Positions 20,188 through 30,334 of a DNA stretch of 64,000 nucleotides are shown piece by piece; within the stretch, counting starts at the first letter, position 1; each line of letters opens with the position of its first letter. Source of the stretch: Deltaproteobacteria bacterium (GTDB lineage: Bacteria; Desulfobacterota; Desulfomonilia; UBA1062); NCBI GenBank assembly GCA_018433775.1, contig JAHDQN010000040.1, forward strand, positions 20,587-84,586, in the 5' to 3' direction. Below the pieces are notes generated by a model, which made no database searches, was not told where the DNA came from, and saw nothing but the letters and a program-made list of their open reading frames with translations. The position numbers and the translations under genes are program-made.

Positions 20188-22521
20188 CTATTCCAGGGGT
20201 TCGTTTTCCCTGAGCTCCCATATCCCGCACGGGCAGGCCCCTGCACAGAACCCGCACCCGATGCAGCGGTCGTCTTCGAGGCAGTACTCAAAGCCGCCTT
20301 CCGGGATGTCCTTCCGGAAGATTGCCTGACGGGGGCAAATCGCCTCGCATACCCCGCAGTCCCTGCATCCGCCGCAGGAGGCGCACATCTCCGAGCACTG
20401 TCCGATGTCCTCCGCAGCCCGGCGCCCCGGGTCGTAGTACTCGAGCCTCACCCGGCCGGCATCCATGGGTGACGGCGCTTCCGGCGGCCCGTGTACGCCT
20501 TTGATCAGCGCATCGATCGACTGCGACACCCTTCTGCCCGCACCGATGGCGTCGGTGATAAGCCCGGGCTTTACGCTGTCTCCGACGGCGTACACCTTTG
20601 GATCGGACGTGCGGCAACCATCGTCCGCCACGATGAAACCGTGACGGCTGTCTATGTCTTCGGGGAGGAATGATATGTCAGGCCGGTCGCCGATTGCAAC
20701 AACTACTGTATCACCCGGGAGAATTTTGCCGTCCGCAAGCTCGACGCCCGTGGCGTTTATCGCCCGTGCCGACACCGGCCAGAGAAACCGGGCACCCGCC
20801 CTTTCCGCAGCCGCGCGCTCGCGGCCGAAGGACGCGGGCTCCCGGACGTCGATCAGGGTGATTTCCTCAGCTCCCAGGCGGCTCGCCTCGGTGGCCGCAT
20901 CGCAGCCCACGTTGCCCGCGCCGATGATCACGACCCTGCCTCCAACCGTGATGTCGCCGCGCTTCGATCTTCGGAGAAAATCCAGTGCAGGCACCGCCAT
21001 CTCGCCACCCGGTATCCCGAGGGTGCAGGGAATCCCGGCACCCACGGCGATGACCGTGAAATCGTGACCTTCTTTCAGAGCCAGGAACTCCTTCTGACCG
21101 AACTCTCCCATTAGCCGTCTGAAAGAAATCTTTTCGAGAACCCGGCCGAGCTCCCTGCGGAACACCTCATCGGGAAAGCGGGTGCCCGGTATGGCCTCCG
21201 CGATCTTCCCGCCCGGCTCGGGCGACCGGTCGTACACCACGGGCTCGTGTCCCTTCATCCAGAGCTGCCAGGCAACGGACAACCCGGCCGGACCGGCCCC
21301 GAGGACCGCGACCTTCGCGCCCGTGGACGCACAAGGCCGGGGCTCGCGGGCATCCAGGCTCGCCCTGCCGAGCACGGTCACATCCACTGGGGTCATATGG
21401 TCCAGATTTCTGGTGCAGCTCTGCATGCACAGGTTCGGGCAGAGGTAACCGCACACCGTGGCCGGAAAAGGTGTGTACTGGAGCGCCAGGTCCACGGCCT
21501 CCTGCACCAGGCCCCTGCGGATGAGCTCCCAGCGCCTCTGCACCGGAATGCCGGCCGGGCAGGCCGCCTGGCAGGGCGGTACATGCTTGTGGTTTTCCCA
21601 TATGGGCGCGAACCTGCGCATCGGGCCGGTCGCGATCACCGGGACCTGGCCGCGGTCCATATCGGTGAGGTCCCCGATCAAGCCTCCCGTTCCCAGCTCC
21701 CGCTCCCATACCCGTGAACGGAACCGTGAAATGGATATCCGTTTCCCGCAGTCCTTCTCATGGGGCTCAAGCGCAGCGAGAAGCCGCCAGGCGGACCGGT
21801 CGCCGCTCAGCACATCGAGAAGATCCTCACGGCCGATGGCCCTCAAGAAATCCTTCATGCCGCTCTGAAGCCATTGCCAGTCCTCGTCGCCGATGCGGGT
21901 CATCCTGACGTCGGCCTCGCTGTAGCTCTTCTGGGTGCCGCGGAAGAAAATCCTGCCGCCCACCATGCCCACGCAGGGATTGTGCCCCAGGATATTGCCC
22001 CGATAATGCGAGCCCAGGCCGCATACCACGGCCACGCCACCGGCCATGAACTCGGCGAACGAATCGCCCACCCCTCCCAGGACCCAGAGCTCGGGCGGTG
22101 AGAACCGGGGGTTGCTCTTGGTCATGGTCATGCCCCTGGCGCCGATGTCGCCGGCAATATAGATCCTGCCCTGGGCCATGGCATTGGCGATGCCGTTGGT
22201 TGCATCGCCGTGCACCACGATGGTAGCACCTGCGTTGAGCCACCCCACATCATCGGATGCATGACCGTGAACCTCGATGAATGTGTGCGGTGATCCCATG
22301 GAGCCGATCCGCTGACCCGGGTGCCCATGGATGTCGATGAGCACCGGCTCCGGGCCGGTATTCCAGAGCCTGCCGCCGATCCCGTGCTGGCCGTAGGCCT
22401 GCACCTCGACCCTGGGGTATCCGCCTGCAACCGCCTTCTGGATGCGCTCTTCCAGAACCCGGGATTCCACCCGGCTCCCCTCTTCCATGCCCTGGATCAC
22501 GACCTTCTCGTGCCGGTTCAT
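20188..22521 (-). CDS. Glutamate synthase subunit: a GXGXG (GltB C-terminal) domain fused to a GltD-like NAD(P)H oxidoreductase and 4Fe-4S ferredoxin domains
   Basis: The N-terminal GXGXG-domain repeats are followed by a GAGPAG dinucleotide-binding site and C-terminal CxxCxxCxxxCP clusters. The start was trimmed to MNRHEK. Confidence 0.75.
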   Translation of the reverse strand: MNRHEKVVIQGMEEGSRVESRVLEERIQKAVAGGYPRVEVQAYGQHGIGGRLWNTGPEPVLIDIHGHPGQRIGSMGSPHTFIEVHGHASDDVGWLNAGATIVVHGDATNGIANAMAQGRIYIAGDIGARGMTMTKSNPRFSPPELWVLGGVGDSFAEFMAGGVAVVCGLGSHYRGNILGHNPCVGMVGGRIFFRGTQKSYSEADVRMTRIGDEDWQWLQSGMKDFLRAIGREDLLDVLSGDRSAWRLLAALEPHEKDCGKRISISRFRSRVWERELGTGGLIGDLTDMDRGQVPVIATGPMRRFAPIWENHKHVPPCQAACPAGIPVQRRWELIRRGLVQEAVDLALQYTPFPATVCGYLCPNLCMQSCTRNLDHMTPVDVTVLGRASLDAREPRPCASTGAKVAVLGAGPAGLSVAWQLWMKGHEPVVYDRSPEPGGKIAEAIPGTRFPDEVFRRELGRVLEKISFRRLMGEFGQKEFLALKEGHDFTVIAVGAGIPCTLGIPGGEMAVPALDFLRRSKRGDITVGGRVVIIGAGNVGCDAATEASRLGAEEITLIDVREPASFGRERAAAERAGARFLWPVSARAINATGVELADGKILPGDTVVVAIGDRPDISFLPEDIDSRHGFIVADDGCRTSDPKVYAVGDSVKPGLITDAIGAGRRVSQSIDALIKGVHGPPEAPSPMDAGRVRLEYYDPGRRAAEDIGQCSEMCASCGGCRDCGVCEAICPRQAIFRKDIPEGGFEYCLEDDRCIGCGFCAGACPCGIWELRENEPLE

Positions 22522-22570
22522 GCGTCCGCCCCCCGATGTCCGGGTGTTTTTTCTGTCATGGCCGGGCACC

Positions 22571-24205
22571 TCACACCACATACCTGATCTGAAGACGCTC
22601 GGCCGCATGAAAGTCGTCGATGCCGAGCGCGTCGGACATGCCGATGGGAAGAGAGGTGGACCTTCCCATGGGCGCGAGGATCTTCTTGAGTTCGGCGTCA
22701 AAGCTCAAAAACACGTCGACCAGCCGCCCGGCCACGTCTTCGGGGTCGAGCCTGCGGTAGAGTCTGGGGTCCTGCGAGGTGATCCCCTTGGGGCATCGGC
22801 CGAGGTTGCAGATGTTGCACCGGTCCCCCTCCGAACCGACGCACCCGGCCGCCGCCTGCATGAGATATTTGCCCACCTGAACCCCGCTTGCACCGAGCAT
22901 GATGAGCGCAGCGGCATTTGCCGCCAGGTTGCCGTTCTTTCCCGCGCCTCCTCCGGCGAAGAGAGGGATCTCGTTCTGCTTGCCGATCTTCACCAGGTTC
23001 AGGTATGCGTCTCGCACATTGGCGGCGATGGGATGGCCCATGTGGTTCATGGACACGTTGTATGCCGCTCCGGTTCCCCCGTCCTCGCCGTCGATGGCCA
23101 AGGCCGCCGCGTACCGGTTGCGCGCGATGTTGTTGAGCACGGCGGTCGTGGTGCTGGTAGCCGATATCTTCGGGTACACCGGCACCCTGAAGCCCCATGC
23201 CATTGAGAGCGACTGGATCATCTTGGCCACGGACTCCTCTATGGAGTATTTGGTCTGGTGCGTGGGCGGCGAGGGCAGGCTCACCCCGGGCGGCACCCCC
23301 CTGATGGCGGCGATGAGCCCGTTCACCTTATGCCACATGAGCAGCCCGCCGTCTCCGGGCTTGGCGCCCTGGCCGTACTTGATCTCGATGGCGCAGGGGT
23401 CTTCCTTCATCTCTGGCAGGGCGTGGATGATCTCGTCCCAGCCGAAATACCCGCTCGCGATCTGGAGGATCACATACTTGAGAAACCGCGACCTGAGCAG
23501 CCGCGGCGGGCACCCGCCCTCGCCCGTGGATATCCTCACGGGCATGCCAAGCTCCTCGTTCAGATAGGCCACGCCCATCTGGAGCCCCTCCCACATGTTC
23601 GGGGAGAGTGCCCCGAACGACATGCCGCCCACGATCAGGGGATAGATCTCCCGCACCGGTGGCGCCCATCCGTCCTCTTTTGCCGAGTTGAGGATCTCCT
23701 CGGGAGGCAGGATGCGCCCCAGGAGGGTCCTGAGCTCGAACTCGTGCCTGCCGGCGTCCAGGGCCGGGTCGGTGAGCATGGAGATGCGGACGAACTTGAT
23801 GCGGTCGAGCACGCTTGCCGTGTCGTTCCGCCTGCCTCCCCGCCGCCTCGGCTCTCCGCCCTGGTTGGCATGAAACTTCAGCTTGTCGGTCTCCTCGCTC
23901 CTTACGGGGAATATGGCGGAGTTGGGGCAGACGAACGAGCACATGCCGCACCCCACGCAGGCATGTGCCGGGTCGGTTTTCTGGTCGATCCCGTAATAAA
24001 CGCGGTAGACGTTTCCCGGCCTCTCGCCCAGGCCCATGAGAACCGGCACCTCCCGCCTGCGGTGCACGCCGAGCTCGATTGCCCTCACCGGGCACACCGC
24101 AGTGCACTGTCCGCACAGGGTGCACCGGTCCCTGTCCCAGCAGACGCGCCAGGGCAGGTCCCTGGGGCTCAGTGCAGATGGGTGCAGGGTTCCCATTGGC
24201 TCCAT
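22571..24205 (-). CDS. Glutamate synthase FMN-binding (central) domain subunit with N-terminal 2x[4Fe-4S] ferredoxin
   Basis: Two CxxCxxCxxxCP motifs precede the GltB FMN-domain motifs (GEGG, KYGQGAKPG.GG). The start was trimmed to MEPMG, which has a GGAGG site. Confidence 0.8.
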   Translation of the reverse strand: MEPMGTLHPSALSPRDLPWRVCWDRDRCTLCGQCTAVCPVRAIELGVHRRREVPVLMGLGERPGNVYRVYYGIDQKTDPAHACVGCGMCSFVCPNSAIFPVRSEETDKLKFHANQGGEPRRRGGRRNDTASVLDRIKFVRISMLTDPALDAGRHEFELRTLLGRILPPEEILNSAKEDGWAPPVREIYPLIVGGMSFGALSPNMWEGLQMGVAYLNEELGMPVRISTGEGGCPPRLLRSRFLKYVILQIASGYFGWDEIIHALPEMKEDPCAIEIKYGQGAKPGDGGLLMWHKVNGLIAAIRGVPPGVSLPSPPTHQTKYSIEESVAKMIQSLSMAWGFRVPVYPKISATSTTTAVLNNIARNRYAAALAIDGEDGGTGAAYNVSMNHMGHPIAANVRDAYLNLVKIGKQNEIPLFAGGGAGKNGNLAANAAALIMLGASGVQVGKYLMQAAAGCVGSEGDRCNICNLGRCPKGITSQDPRLYRRLDPEDVAGRLVDVFLSFDAELKKILAPMGRSTSLPIGMSDALGIDDFHAAERLQIRYVV

Positions 24206-25299
24206 CTCCTGACCTCCATCCGCGAGGCATCCACACAGGCGAGGTCGTATTTCATGGGCTGGAATTCGCAGTTTCCTTCCCGGACGGGAATGGCCCCGTC
24301 GAGCCCGCACATCTCGGAAGAGAAGGCGAACATCCCGGGCCTGCCTCCCACAACGCCCGGCCTGAGTTTCTTGCTGTCGTGGACCATGAAGAGTGTCTTG
24401 TCGGGCAGACACCCGATCACACAGTTGGGCCCGTCGATGGTGAGAAAACGGCAGCCGTGCTTGAGCCTTCTCAGAAACGCACTGTCCGGGTGCCTGGTCA
24501 GCTCCTCGTCCTTGAGCGGGGTGATGATGTGTTTGTAGGCATCGATCCCGAGCCCAAGCCGGTTTGCGGTGTAGTGCAGGATATGGGTGAACACCTCGGA
24601 GTCAGACTGATAGCCCGCATATCCGGGAAAACCCCGCGACATCAGATAATCCCGTATAGGCCCGAACGCGGTGTTCTCGCCGTTGGTCATGGTGGCGAAG
24701 CCCTGGAGAAAGAAGGGGTGGCAGGCATAGAGGGTAACGGCATAGTTGGTGTTCTGCCTGCCCTGGGCCATGATCACCCGCGCCTTCAGACTCTTCCGGT
24801 CGAGCCCGAGATATTCGGCTATGGCCAGGGGATCGCCTACTTCCTTGATCATGATCGTGTCCGGCCAGAAGGAAAAGACCATCATGGACCCGTCCTGCTC
24901 GCCCAGCCTCCTCAGGTCGATCCGGATCCTCATGAGCCGCGCCGCGATCTCGGCCTCGCTCAGGCCCTCCCACTCGAAAGGATACTCATACACCCGGATG
25001 AGGTACACGTCGCGTTTCGGGGTGCCCTCGGGCGGCTCCTTGGCGGGCCTGATGGAAAGCTTGAACTTGGTGAGCAGGCCCAGCTCCATCATGTAGCGAT
25101 CGAGCCTCTTGATCCCTTCCTGGGAGAAAACGCCCGAAAGGATGGGAGAACCCCTGAACTGTTCCAGGTCCCCGCCGAGGTCGGTCATGAACAGGCCGAC
25201 CCCGGAACCGTCGTGGCCTTCTTTCATGACGTCCAGGGCACGCAGGGCGACCATGGGCGAGAGCGGCTCGTTACTCGTTATGGCGAACAGACGGCACAC
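24169..25299 (-). CDS. Glutamate synthase class-II glutamine amidotransferase domain subunit
   Basis: It has an Ntn-type amidotransferase fold. The likely start is GTG, directly followed by Cys (M-CRLFAITS). A strong AAGGAGG site sits 11 nt upstream. The ORF track extends it to 25392. Confidence 0.65.
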   Translation of the reverse strand: MCRLFAITSNEPLSPMVALRALDVMKEGHDGSGVGLFMTDLGGDLEQFRGSPILSGVFSQEGIKRLDRYMMELGLLTKFKLSIRPAKEPPEGTPKRDVYLIRVYEYPFEWEGLSEAEIAARLMRIRIDLRRLGEQDGSMMVFSFWPDTIMIKEVGDPLAIAEYLGLDRKSLKARVIMAQGRQNTNYAVTLYACHPFFLQGFATMTNGENTAFGPIRDYLMSRGFPGYAGYQSDSEVFTHILHYTANRLGLGIDAYKHIITPLKDEELTRHPDSAFLRRLKHGCRFLTIDGPNCVIGCLPDKTLFMVHDSKKLRPGVVGGRPGMFAFSSEMCGLDGAIPVREGNCEFQPMKYDLACVDASRMEVRRWSQWEPCTHLH

Positions 25300-25587
25300 C
25301 TTGTTTTCGTCCTCCTTGTCGTGCTTGGACAGGAAAGAGCGAAATCCGTGCCATGGGTGCGGGTCCTGTTCCTTTCCGGAGCATCGGATCAATTTTATTC
25401 CATCGATTCCAGGTATTACAAAATAACATTACCCGGCCGGCACCATGTCTGCATCCGGAATTTCCCGGCGGAGCCGGTTTCCAGTATTTTCCAATAATGT
25501 TCGATCAGATATGCTTTGCACAATTTTGTTCCATCCTCCTCTTTCGTCCGCATGATCGTAATCCTTCGGTCAAGACCGCTCCATGAC

Positions 25588-25625
25588 TGCTTAACATATT
25601 TCGCATGCGCACGTACGACAACGTG
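25588..25625 (-). promoter_or_regulatory. Conserved promoter-like motif upstream of the gltB operon (copy 2 of 2). On the minus strand it reads TTGTCG-N17-TATGTT with the same GTGCGCATGCGAAA spacer.
   Basis: It is nearly identical to 6090-6122. Confidence 0.4.
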
Positions 25626-25784
25626 TACAAAGAAGGGGAATCCAATGGCATGGACCCCGGGGCTTGCCCTTGAGGTTCATGCCATTGATAAAAAGCTGCC
25701 CGGACAAAGGCTTGCCGGAACCGGTGCGATTTTTTCCGTGCCGATCCGCGGGGCGCGCTCCGCCGGGACTGAACGGGGTTTCGC

Positions 25785-27041
25785 TCAGAACTCGGTGAGC
25801 TCCGGGCCTTTCACCCCGTTGAGGAATTCCTGCACGATCCCGACCCCCCGTTTGAAGTCCGGAAGCGTGGGGGTCAGGACCGAGAGCCGGATGTAATGCG
25901 ACCAGCGGGCACCGTAGATGTCTCCGGGCGTGATTCGGATACCCTGCTCCAGCAGCCTGTCCCGGCAGATCCGGCTGGGTATGGGCGTCCTGATCCACAC
26001 GCAGGCCCCCCCCGGCTCCCACGGCGTGTTCTGTTCGAGATAGGCGCTCCGCTGGGCGAGCTCGTGCCGCAGCCGTTCGATATGCCCGGTCAGCCTCGAC
26101 GAGGTGAACACCGTGAGCAGAGAGCGCTGCAGGATTCCCGAAAGCGAGAGGTCGTTGATCTCCTTGAGATCGAGAATGCTTCTCTGCATGGATTCCGGAA
26201 AGACCGCGAACCCCATGCGCAGACCCGGGCCCAGGACGTTGGAGAGGCTCTTGATGTAGATGACCCGCCCGCGGGTATCCCTGGCCTTTAAGGGGGTGAT
26301 TCCGACAACATCGGAAAGGGGATCGTCCTCGACGATGAAGAAGTTCTTGTCGGAAGCCATGGAGACGAGATCGTCCCGCAAATCTTCCGGCATGGATCTT
26401 CCGGTGGGGATGTGGCCCTGCGGCATGGTGTAGAGCAGGCGGATATCCATGCCTTTGATCCGATCGAGATCGTCTCGGCTCGCGATGCGGGGGACGAAAA
26501 CAACCTCGGCCCCGAGTGACTCGAAGATCCGTACGGCCCCCATGTATCCGGGATCCTCAACGGCCACGGCATCGCCCTTGCTCAGCAGGGAAAGGCCAAG
26601 CAGAAAGAGGGCCTGCTGGGAGCCCGAGGTGACGATCGGGGCGGCGTCGATCCCGGAAGACCTGAGCCATTTCCCGGCCTGCTCGCGCAGGGGCTCGTAC
26701 CCCTGGGGAGGGTCGTACGCGTTGAGCCCTTCGATGGTGAGCCTGAGATGCTGGCTCACCCAGAGCATCAGCTCCTCGGGCGGGCGGATCGCCGCCATGT
26801 CGATATCGCCCCCGGTCAGACTGTGCGCCACAAAGGTGCCCGCGCCCTGCCGGCTCACGACCAGGCCCTGTTCGAAAAGATACCGGTACACGTTTTTCGC
26901 CGTCACCATGCTGATGTTTTCGCTCCTGGCCAGCTCCCTTACGCCGGGCAGCCGCTCTCCCGGCGTCCTGTCCCTGAGGATGCCGTCTGCGAGCCTCCGG
27001 GCGATCTGTTTGTACCGCATGAGATTCTCCTTTTCCATCAT
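25785..27041 (-). CDS. pdxR: MocR-family (GntR HTH plus aminotransferase-like domain) transcriptional regulator, probably PdxR
   Basis: The product has an N-terminal GntR winged helix and a C-terminal PLP-dependent fold-type-I domain. It is divergent from pdxST across 65 bp. Confidence 0.7.
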   Translation of the reverse strand: MMEKENLMRYKQIARRLADGILRDRTPGERLPGVRELARSENISMVTAKNVYRYLFEQGLVVSRQGAGTFVAHSLTGGDIDMAAIRPPEELMLWVSQHLRLTIEGLNAYDPPQGYEPLREQAGKWLRSSGIDAAPIVTSGSQQALFLLGLSLLSKGDAVAVEDPGYMGAVRIFESLGAEVVFVPRIASRDDLDRIKGMDIRLLYTMPQGHIPTGRSMPEDLRDDLVSMASDKNFFIVEDDPLSDVVGITPLKARDTRGRVIYIKSLSNVLGPGLRMGFAVFPESMQRSILDLKEINDLSLSGILQRSLLTVFTSSRLTGHIERLRHELAQRSAYLEQNTPWEPGGACVWIRTPIPSRICRDRLLEQGIRITPGDIYGARWSHYIRLSVLTPTLPDFKRGVGIVQEFLNGVKGPELTEF

Positions 27042-27106
27042 GACAAATAGTGATACAGTTCTCTATTATCACAATTAATGTTATATAACAATAGGAGTTG
27101 ACCAAT
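27042..27106. promoter_or_regulatory. Divergent pdxR/pdxS control region, AT-rich, with the inverted repeat GTGATA-N11-TATCAC
   Basis: Read directly from the sequence. Confidence 0.35.
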
Positions 27107-27994
27107 ATGAGTGATATCAGTGAAAGAATCATCGTCAACCGTGGGCTGGCACAGATGCTCAAAGGCGGGGTGATCATGGACGTGACCACGGCGGATCAGG
27201 CCCGTATCGCCGAGGATTCCGGGGCCGTGGCGGTTATGGCCCTGGAGCGTGTCCCCGCGGATATCCGCGCCCAGGGCGGTGTCGCCCGGATGAGCGACCC
27301 TGCCGTTATCCGTGCCATCCAGGAGGCAGTGACCATCCCGGTCATGGCCAAGGTGAGGATCGGCCACCTGGTCGAGGCCCAGGTGCTCCAGGCGCTGAAG
27401 ATCGACTATATCGACGAGAGCGAGGTCCTGACGCCCGCGGACGAGAGCAACCACATCGACAAGCACGCCTTCGAGGTGCCGTTCGTGTGCGGCTGCCGCG
27501 ACCTGGGAGAGGCGGCGCGCCGGATCGGCGAGGGCGCGAGCATGATCCGGACCAAGGGAGAGGCAGGCACGGGAAACGTGGTGGAGGCCGTCAGGCACAT
27601 GCGCACCCTCATGGGACAGATCCGTATGCTGCTCTCGATGCGTGAAGACGAGGTCCCGGGATTTGCCAGGGAGATCGCGGCGCCCTTCGAGGTCCTTGCC
27701 GATATCAGGAAATCAGGGGCTCTTCCCGTGGTGAACTTTGCCGCGGGCGGCGTGGCCACCCCGGCGGATGCCGCTCTCATGATGCAGCTCGGGGCTGACG
27801 GCGTGTTCGTCGGGTCGGGCATCTTCAAGTCGGGCGACCCTGCCCGGCGTGCAAAGGCCATCGTGGAGGCCGTGGCCCACTGCGACGACCCCGCCTGGAT
27901 CGCACGGGTTTCCGAAGGCCTGGGCGAGGCCATGTCCGGCCTCGACGTGCGGACCATGCCCGAGGGCGAGCGGCTTGCCGGGCGGGGGCGGTGA
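27107..27994 (+). CDS. pdxS: Pyridoxal 5'-phosphate synthase lyase subunit
   Basis: The match is full-length ([10 protein letters not shown]...). I prefer the ATG with an AGGAG site over the TTG in the ORF track. Confidence 0.95.
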   Translation: MSDISERIIVNRGLAQMLKGGVIMDVTTADQARIAEDSGAVAVMALERVPADIRAQGGVARMSDPAVIRAIQEAVTIPVMAKVRIGHLVEAQVLQALKIDYIDESEVLTPADESNHIDKHAFEVPFVCGCRDLGEAARRIGEGASMIRTKGEAGTGNVVEAVRHMRTLMGQIRMLLSMREDEVPGFAREIAAPFEVLADIRKSGALPVVNFAAGGVATPADAALMMQLGADGVFVGSGIFKSGDPARRAKAIVEAVAHCDDPAWIARVSEGLGEAMSGLDVRTMPEGERLAGRGR

Positions 27995-28602
27995 TGGTGA
28001 TCGGGATACTCGCACTCCAGGGAAACGTGCGCGAGCATATGACGAACCTGAACAGACACGACGTGCAGGGACGCCCCGTTCGCCTGCCCGCCGATCTCGC
28101 CGGGATCGAGGGCCTCATCCTTCCGGGTGGTGAGAGCACCGCCATGAGGAATCTCGTCTCGTCCTCCGGGCTCGAAAAACCCGTGGGCGATCTCATCCGA
28201 CAGGGTCTGCCCGTATGGGGAACCTGCGCCGGGGTCGTACTGCTGGCCCGGGGAGGGATCTGGTCCAGCGTCGATATCACGGTGGAGCGCAATGCCTACG
28301 GCTCCCAGGTCTTCAGCCGCCTGGTGCATGGAAGCTCGGCCCTCTCGGAAACGCCGACCCCCATGGTCTTCATCCGCTCGCCCCGGATCACCTCTGCGGG
28401 GCGTGAAGTCGAAGTCCTCGCCGAGGTCGGGGGGGATGTCGTGGCTGTACGGCAGGGCAATATCCTGCTCACGACCTTTCATCCCGAGCTGGTCGACCAC
28501 AGCCCCTTCACTGCCTGTTTCATCGAAATGGTGAGCTCGGCCCGCTCGGATGAAACACCGGTCCCAGGGCACTGCCCGAAAGAGACCGGCCGGGCAGTCT
28601 GA
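27991..28602 (+). CDS. pdxT: Pyridoxal 5'-phosphate synthase glutaminase subunit
   Basis: It is a class-I amidotransferase (CAG) whose start overlaps the pdxS stop. Confidence 0.9.
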   Translation: MMVIGILALQGNVREHMTNLNRHDVQGRPVRLPADLAGIEGLILPGGESTAMRNLVSSSGLEKPVGDLIRQGLPVWGTCAGVVLLARGGIWSSVDITVERNAYGSQVFSRLVHGSSALSETPTPMVFIRSPRITSAGREVEVLAEVGGDVVAVRQGNILLTTFHPELVDHSPFTACFIEMVSSARSDETPVPGHCPKETGRAV

Positions 28603-28707
28603 TCACGGTTTCGATCAATGGTATGAACCTTGAGGACAAGGCTGAGGCCCTGTTGAAGCCCGCAAACGGTGGGGAATGTGACCCTTCCGTTTCGTCCACA
28701 GGGTCTC

Positions 28708-30228
28708 TCAGCTCTTTTTCGCCTTGAACCTGTCGACGTCGATCCCGTATTTCTCCACCTTGTACTGGATGATGCGCTTGGTGGTGCCCAGGACCCGCGC
28801 GGCCTTGCTCTGGTTTCCCTTTGCATCCTTGAGGGCATCGACGATAAGGGAGCGCTCGTAGGCGCCGATGAGGCTGGAGAGCTGGCCCTGCTTCTTCTTC
28901 GCCGGAGCCACCACCTTCATCTGCAGCGAGGGCGGCAGGTGCGTGCTGTCGATGGTGTCGCCGCCCGCGAGCAGCACGGCCCGCTCGATGCAGTTTTCCA
29001 GCTCCCGGACGTTCCCGGGCCAGTGATAGGCGAGGAGCGAGTCGATGGCAGGGGTCGAGATCCGCTTGATGTGTTTGCCGAACTCGTGAGCGTATTTCTC
29101 CACGAAGTAGTCGGCCAGGAGCAGGATATCGCCTCCCCGCTCCTTGAGGGCCGGCATGTAGACCGGAAACACGTTGAGACGGTAGTAGAGGTCGGAGCGG
29201 AAACGCCCCGAGGCCGCGTCCTGCTCCAGGTCGCGGTTCGTGGCGGCGATGATGCGCACGTTGACCTTGACCGTCCGGGTGGTGCCCAGGGGTTGGAACT
29301 GCCGCTCCTGGATCACGCGCAGCAGCTTGGCCTGCGCCAGGGGCGAGAGCTCGCCCACCTCGTCAAGGAAGATGGTGCCCCCGTGTGCCTCCTCGAAACG
29401 GCCCCTCCGGCGCTGGCTCGCACCGGTGAACGCGCCTTTCTCGTGCCCGAAAAGCTCGCTCTCGATCAGGGTGTCGGGCATGGCGGCGCAGTTCACCTCG
29501 ATGAAGGGTCCCGCGGCGCGGGGTGAGTTACGGTGAATGGCCCTGGCCACCAGCTCCTTTCCGGTGCCGGTCTCGCCGTGGATGAGAACCGTGGTGTTGG
29601 AATCCGCGACCTGGGAGATCAGCCCGAAGATCTCCTTCATGCCTTTCGAGTTGCCTACGATCTCGGAGGCCGGCCTCTGGGTCCTGCCCAGGATGTTTTT
29701 CAGCCGCCGGTTCTCTTCTTCGATTGCGCGCGTGTGCACCGCCTTGGCGATCAGGCCCGCCACCTCGGAGAGGTATCGGATCTCGTAGTCCTGGCTGTCG
29801 ACCTGCCGGGCCACCTTGTCGGCGGAGAGCACGCCCACGACCTTGCCGTCGTAGATGATGGGCACGCAGAGGAACGAGAGCTCGGAGCGGTCCAGGAACT
29901 TTCTGGCCCCGGTGCGGTCGAGAAAATGCTCCTCCTTGCCCAGGTTCGCGATCACCATGGGCTTGCCGGTCTGGGCCACCTGGCCCGTAATCCCCTCGCC
30001 CGGTTTGTAGGTGATGTCGAGGCCCTCGATGTCCACACCGTGGGCCAGATCCAGGATCGCCTCCCCCGTGTCCCGGTCGAGGATGGAGATCATGCCGCGG
30101 TCCATCCCGGTCTTCTCGCTCAGAGTCTCGAGCACCTGTTCGAGCTGTTCCCGCAAGTCAAGGGGGGTAGCGAGAATCCGGGCCAGATCGTGGAGAACAT
30201 CCAGGTCTTCGTACTCAAAAAGTGTCAT
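28708..30228 (-). CDS. Sigma-54-dependent transcriptional activator with an N-terminal GAF domain (NifA/Fis family)
   Basis: The AAA+ sigma-54 interaction domain (GETGTGKE, GAFTGA) and a C-terminal Fis-type HTH are present. Confidence 0.85.
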   Translation of the reverse strand: MTLFEYEDLDVLHDLARILATPLDLREQLEQVLETLSEKTGMDRGMISILDRDTGEAILDLAHGVDIEGLDITYKPGEGITGQVAQTGKPMVIANLGKEEHFLDRTGARKFLDRSELSFLCVPIIYDGKVVGVLSADKVARQVDSQDYEIRYLSEVAGLIAKAVHTRAIEEENRRLKNILGRTQRPASEIVGNSKGMKEIFGLISQVADSNTTVLIHGETGTGKELVARAIHRNSPRAAGPFIEVNCAAMPDTLIESELFGHEKGAFTGASQRRRGRFEEAHGGTIFLDEVGELSPLAQAKLLRVIQERQFQPLGTTRTVKVNVRIIAATNRDLEQDAASGRFRSDLYYRLNVFPVYMPALKERGGDILLLADYFVEKYAHEFGKHIKRISTPAIDSLLAYHWPGNVRELENCIERAVLLAGGDTIDSTHLPPSLQMKVVAPAKKKQGQLSSLIGAYERSLIVDALKDAKGNQSKAARVLGTTKRIIQYKVEKYGIDVDRFKAKKS

Positions 30229-30334
30229 ACGGCTTTTCCTTTATCGCTTTCGCGTCGTGTCTTCGCATCGCTCATACGGTTTTCTCCCGCGGAATCCCTT
30301 TCCCTCGTTGAAGGATCCGGAACCCGCCTCTTCC

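Noticed and set aside
25436-25452. Sigma-54-like GGCAC-N6-TGCAT on the plus strand between gltB and pdxR
   Set aside because: It points at no downstream plus-strand gene, and its spacing and -24 element are imperfect. It is probably a chance match.
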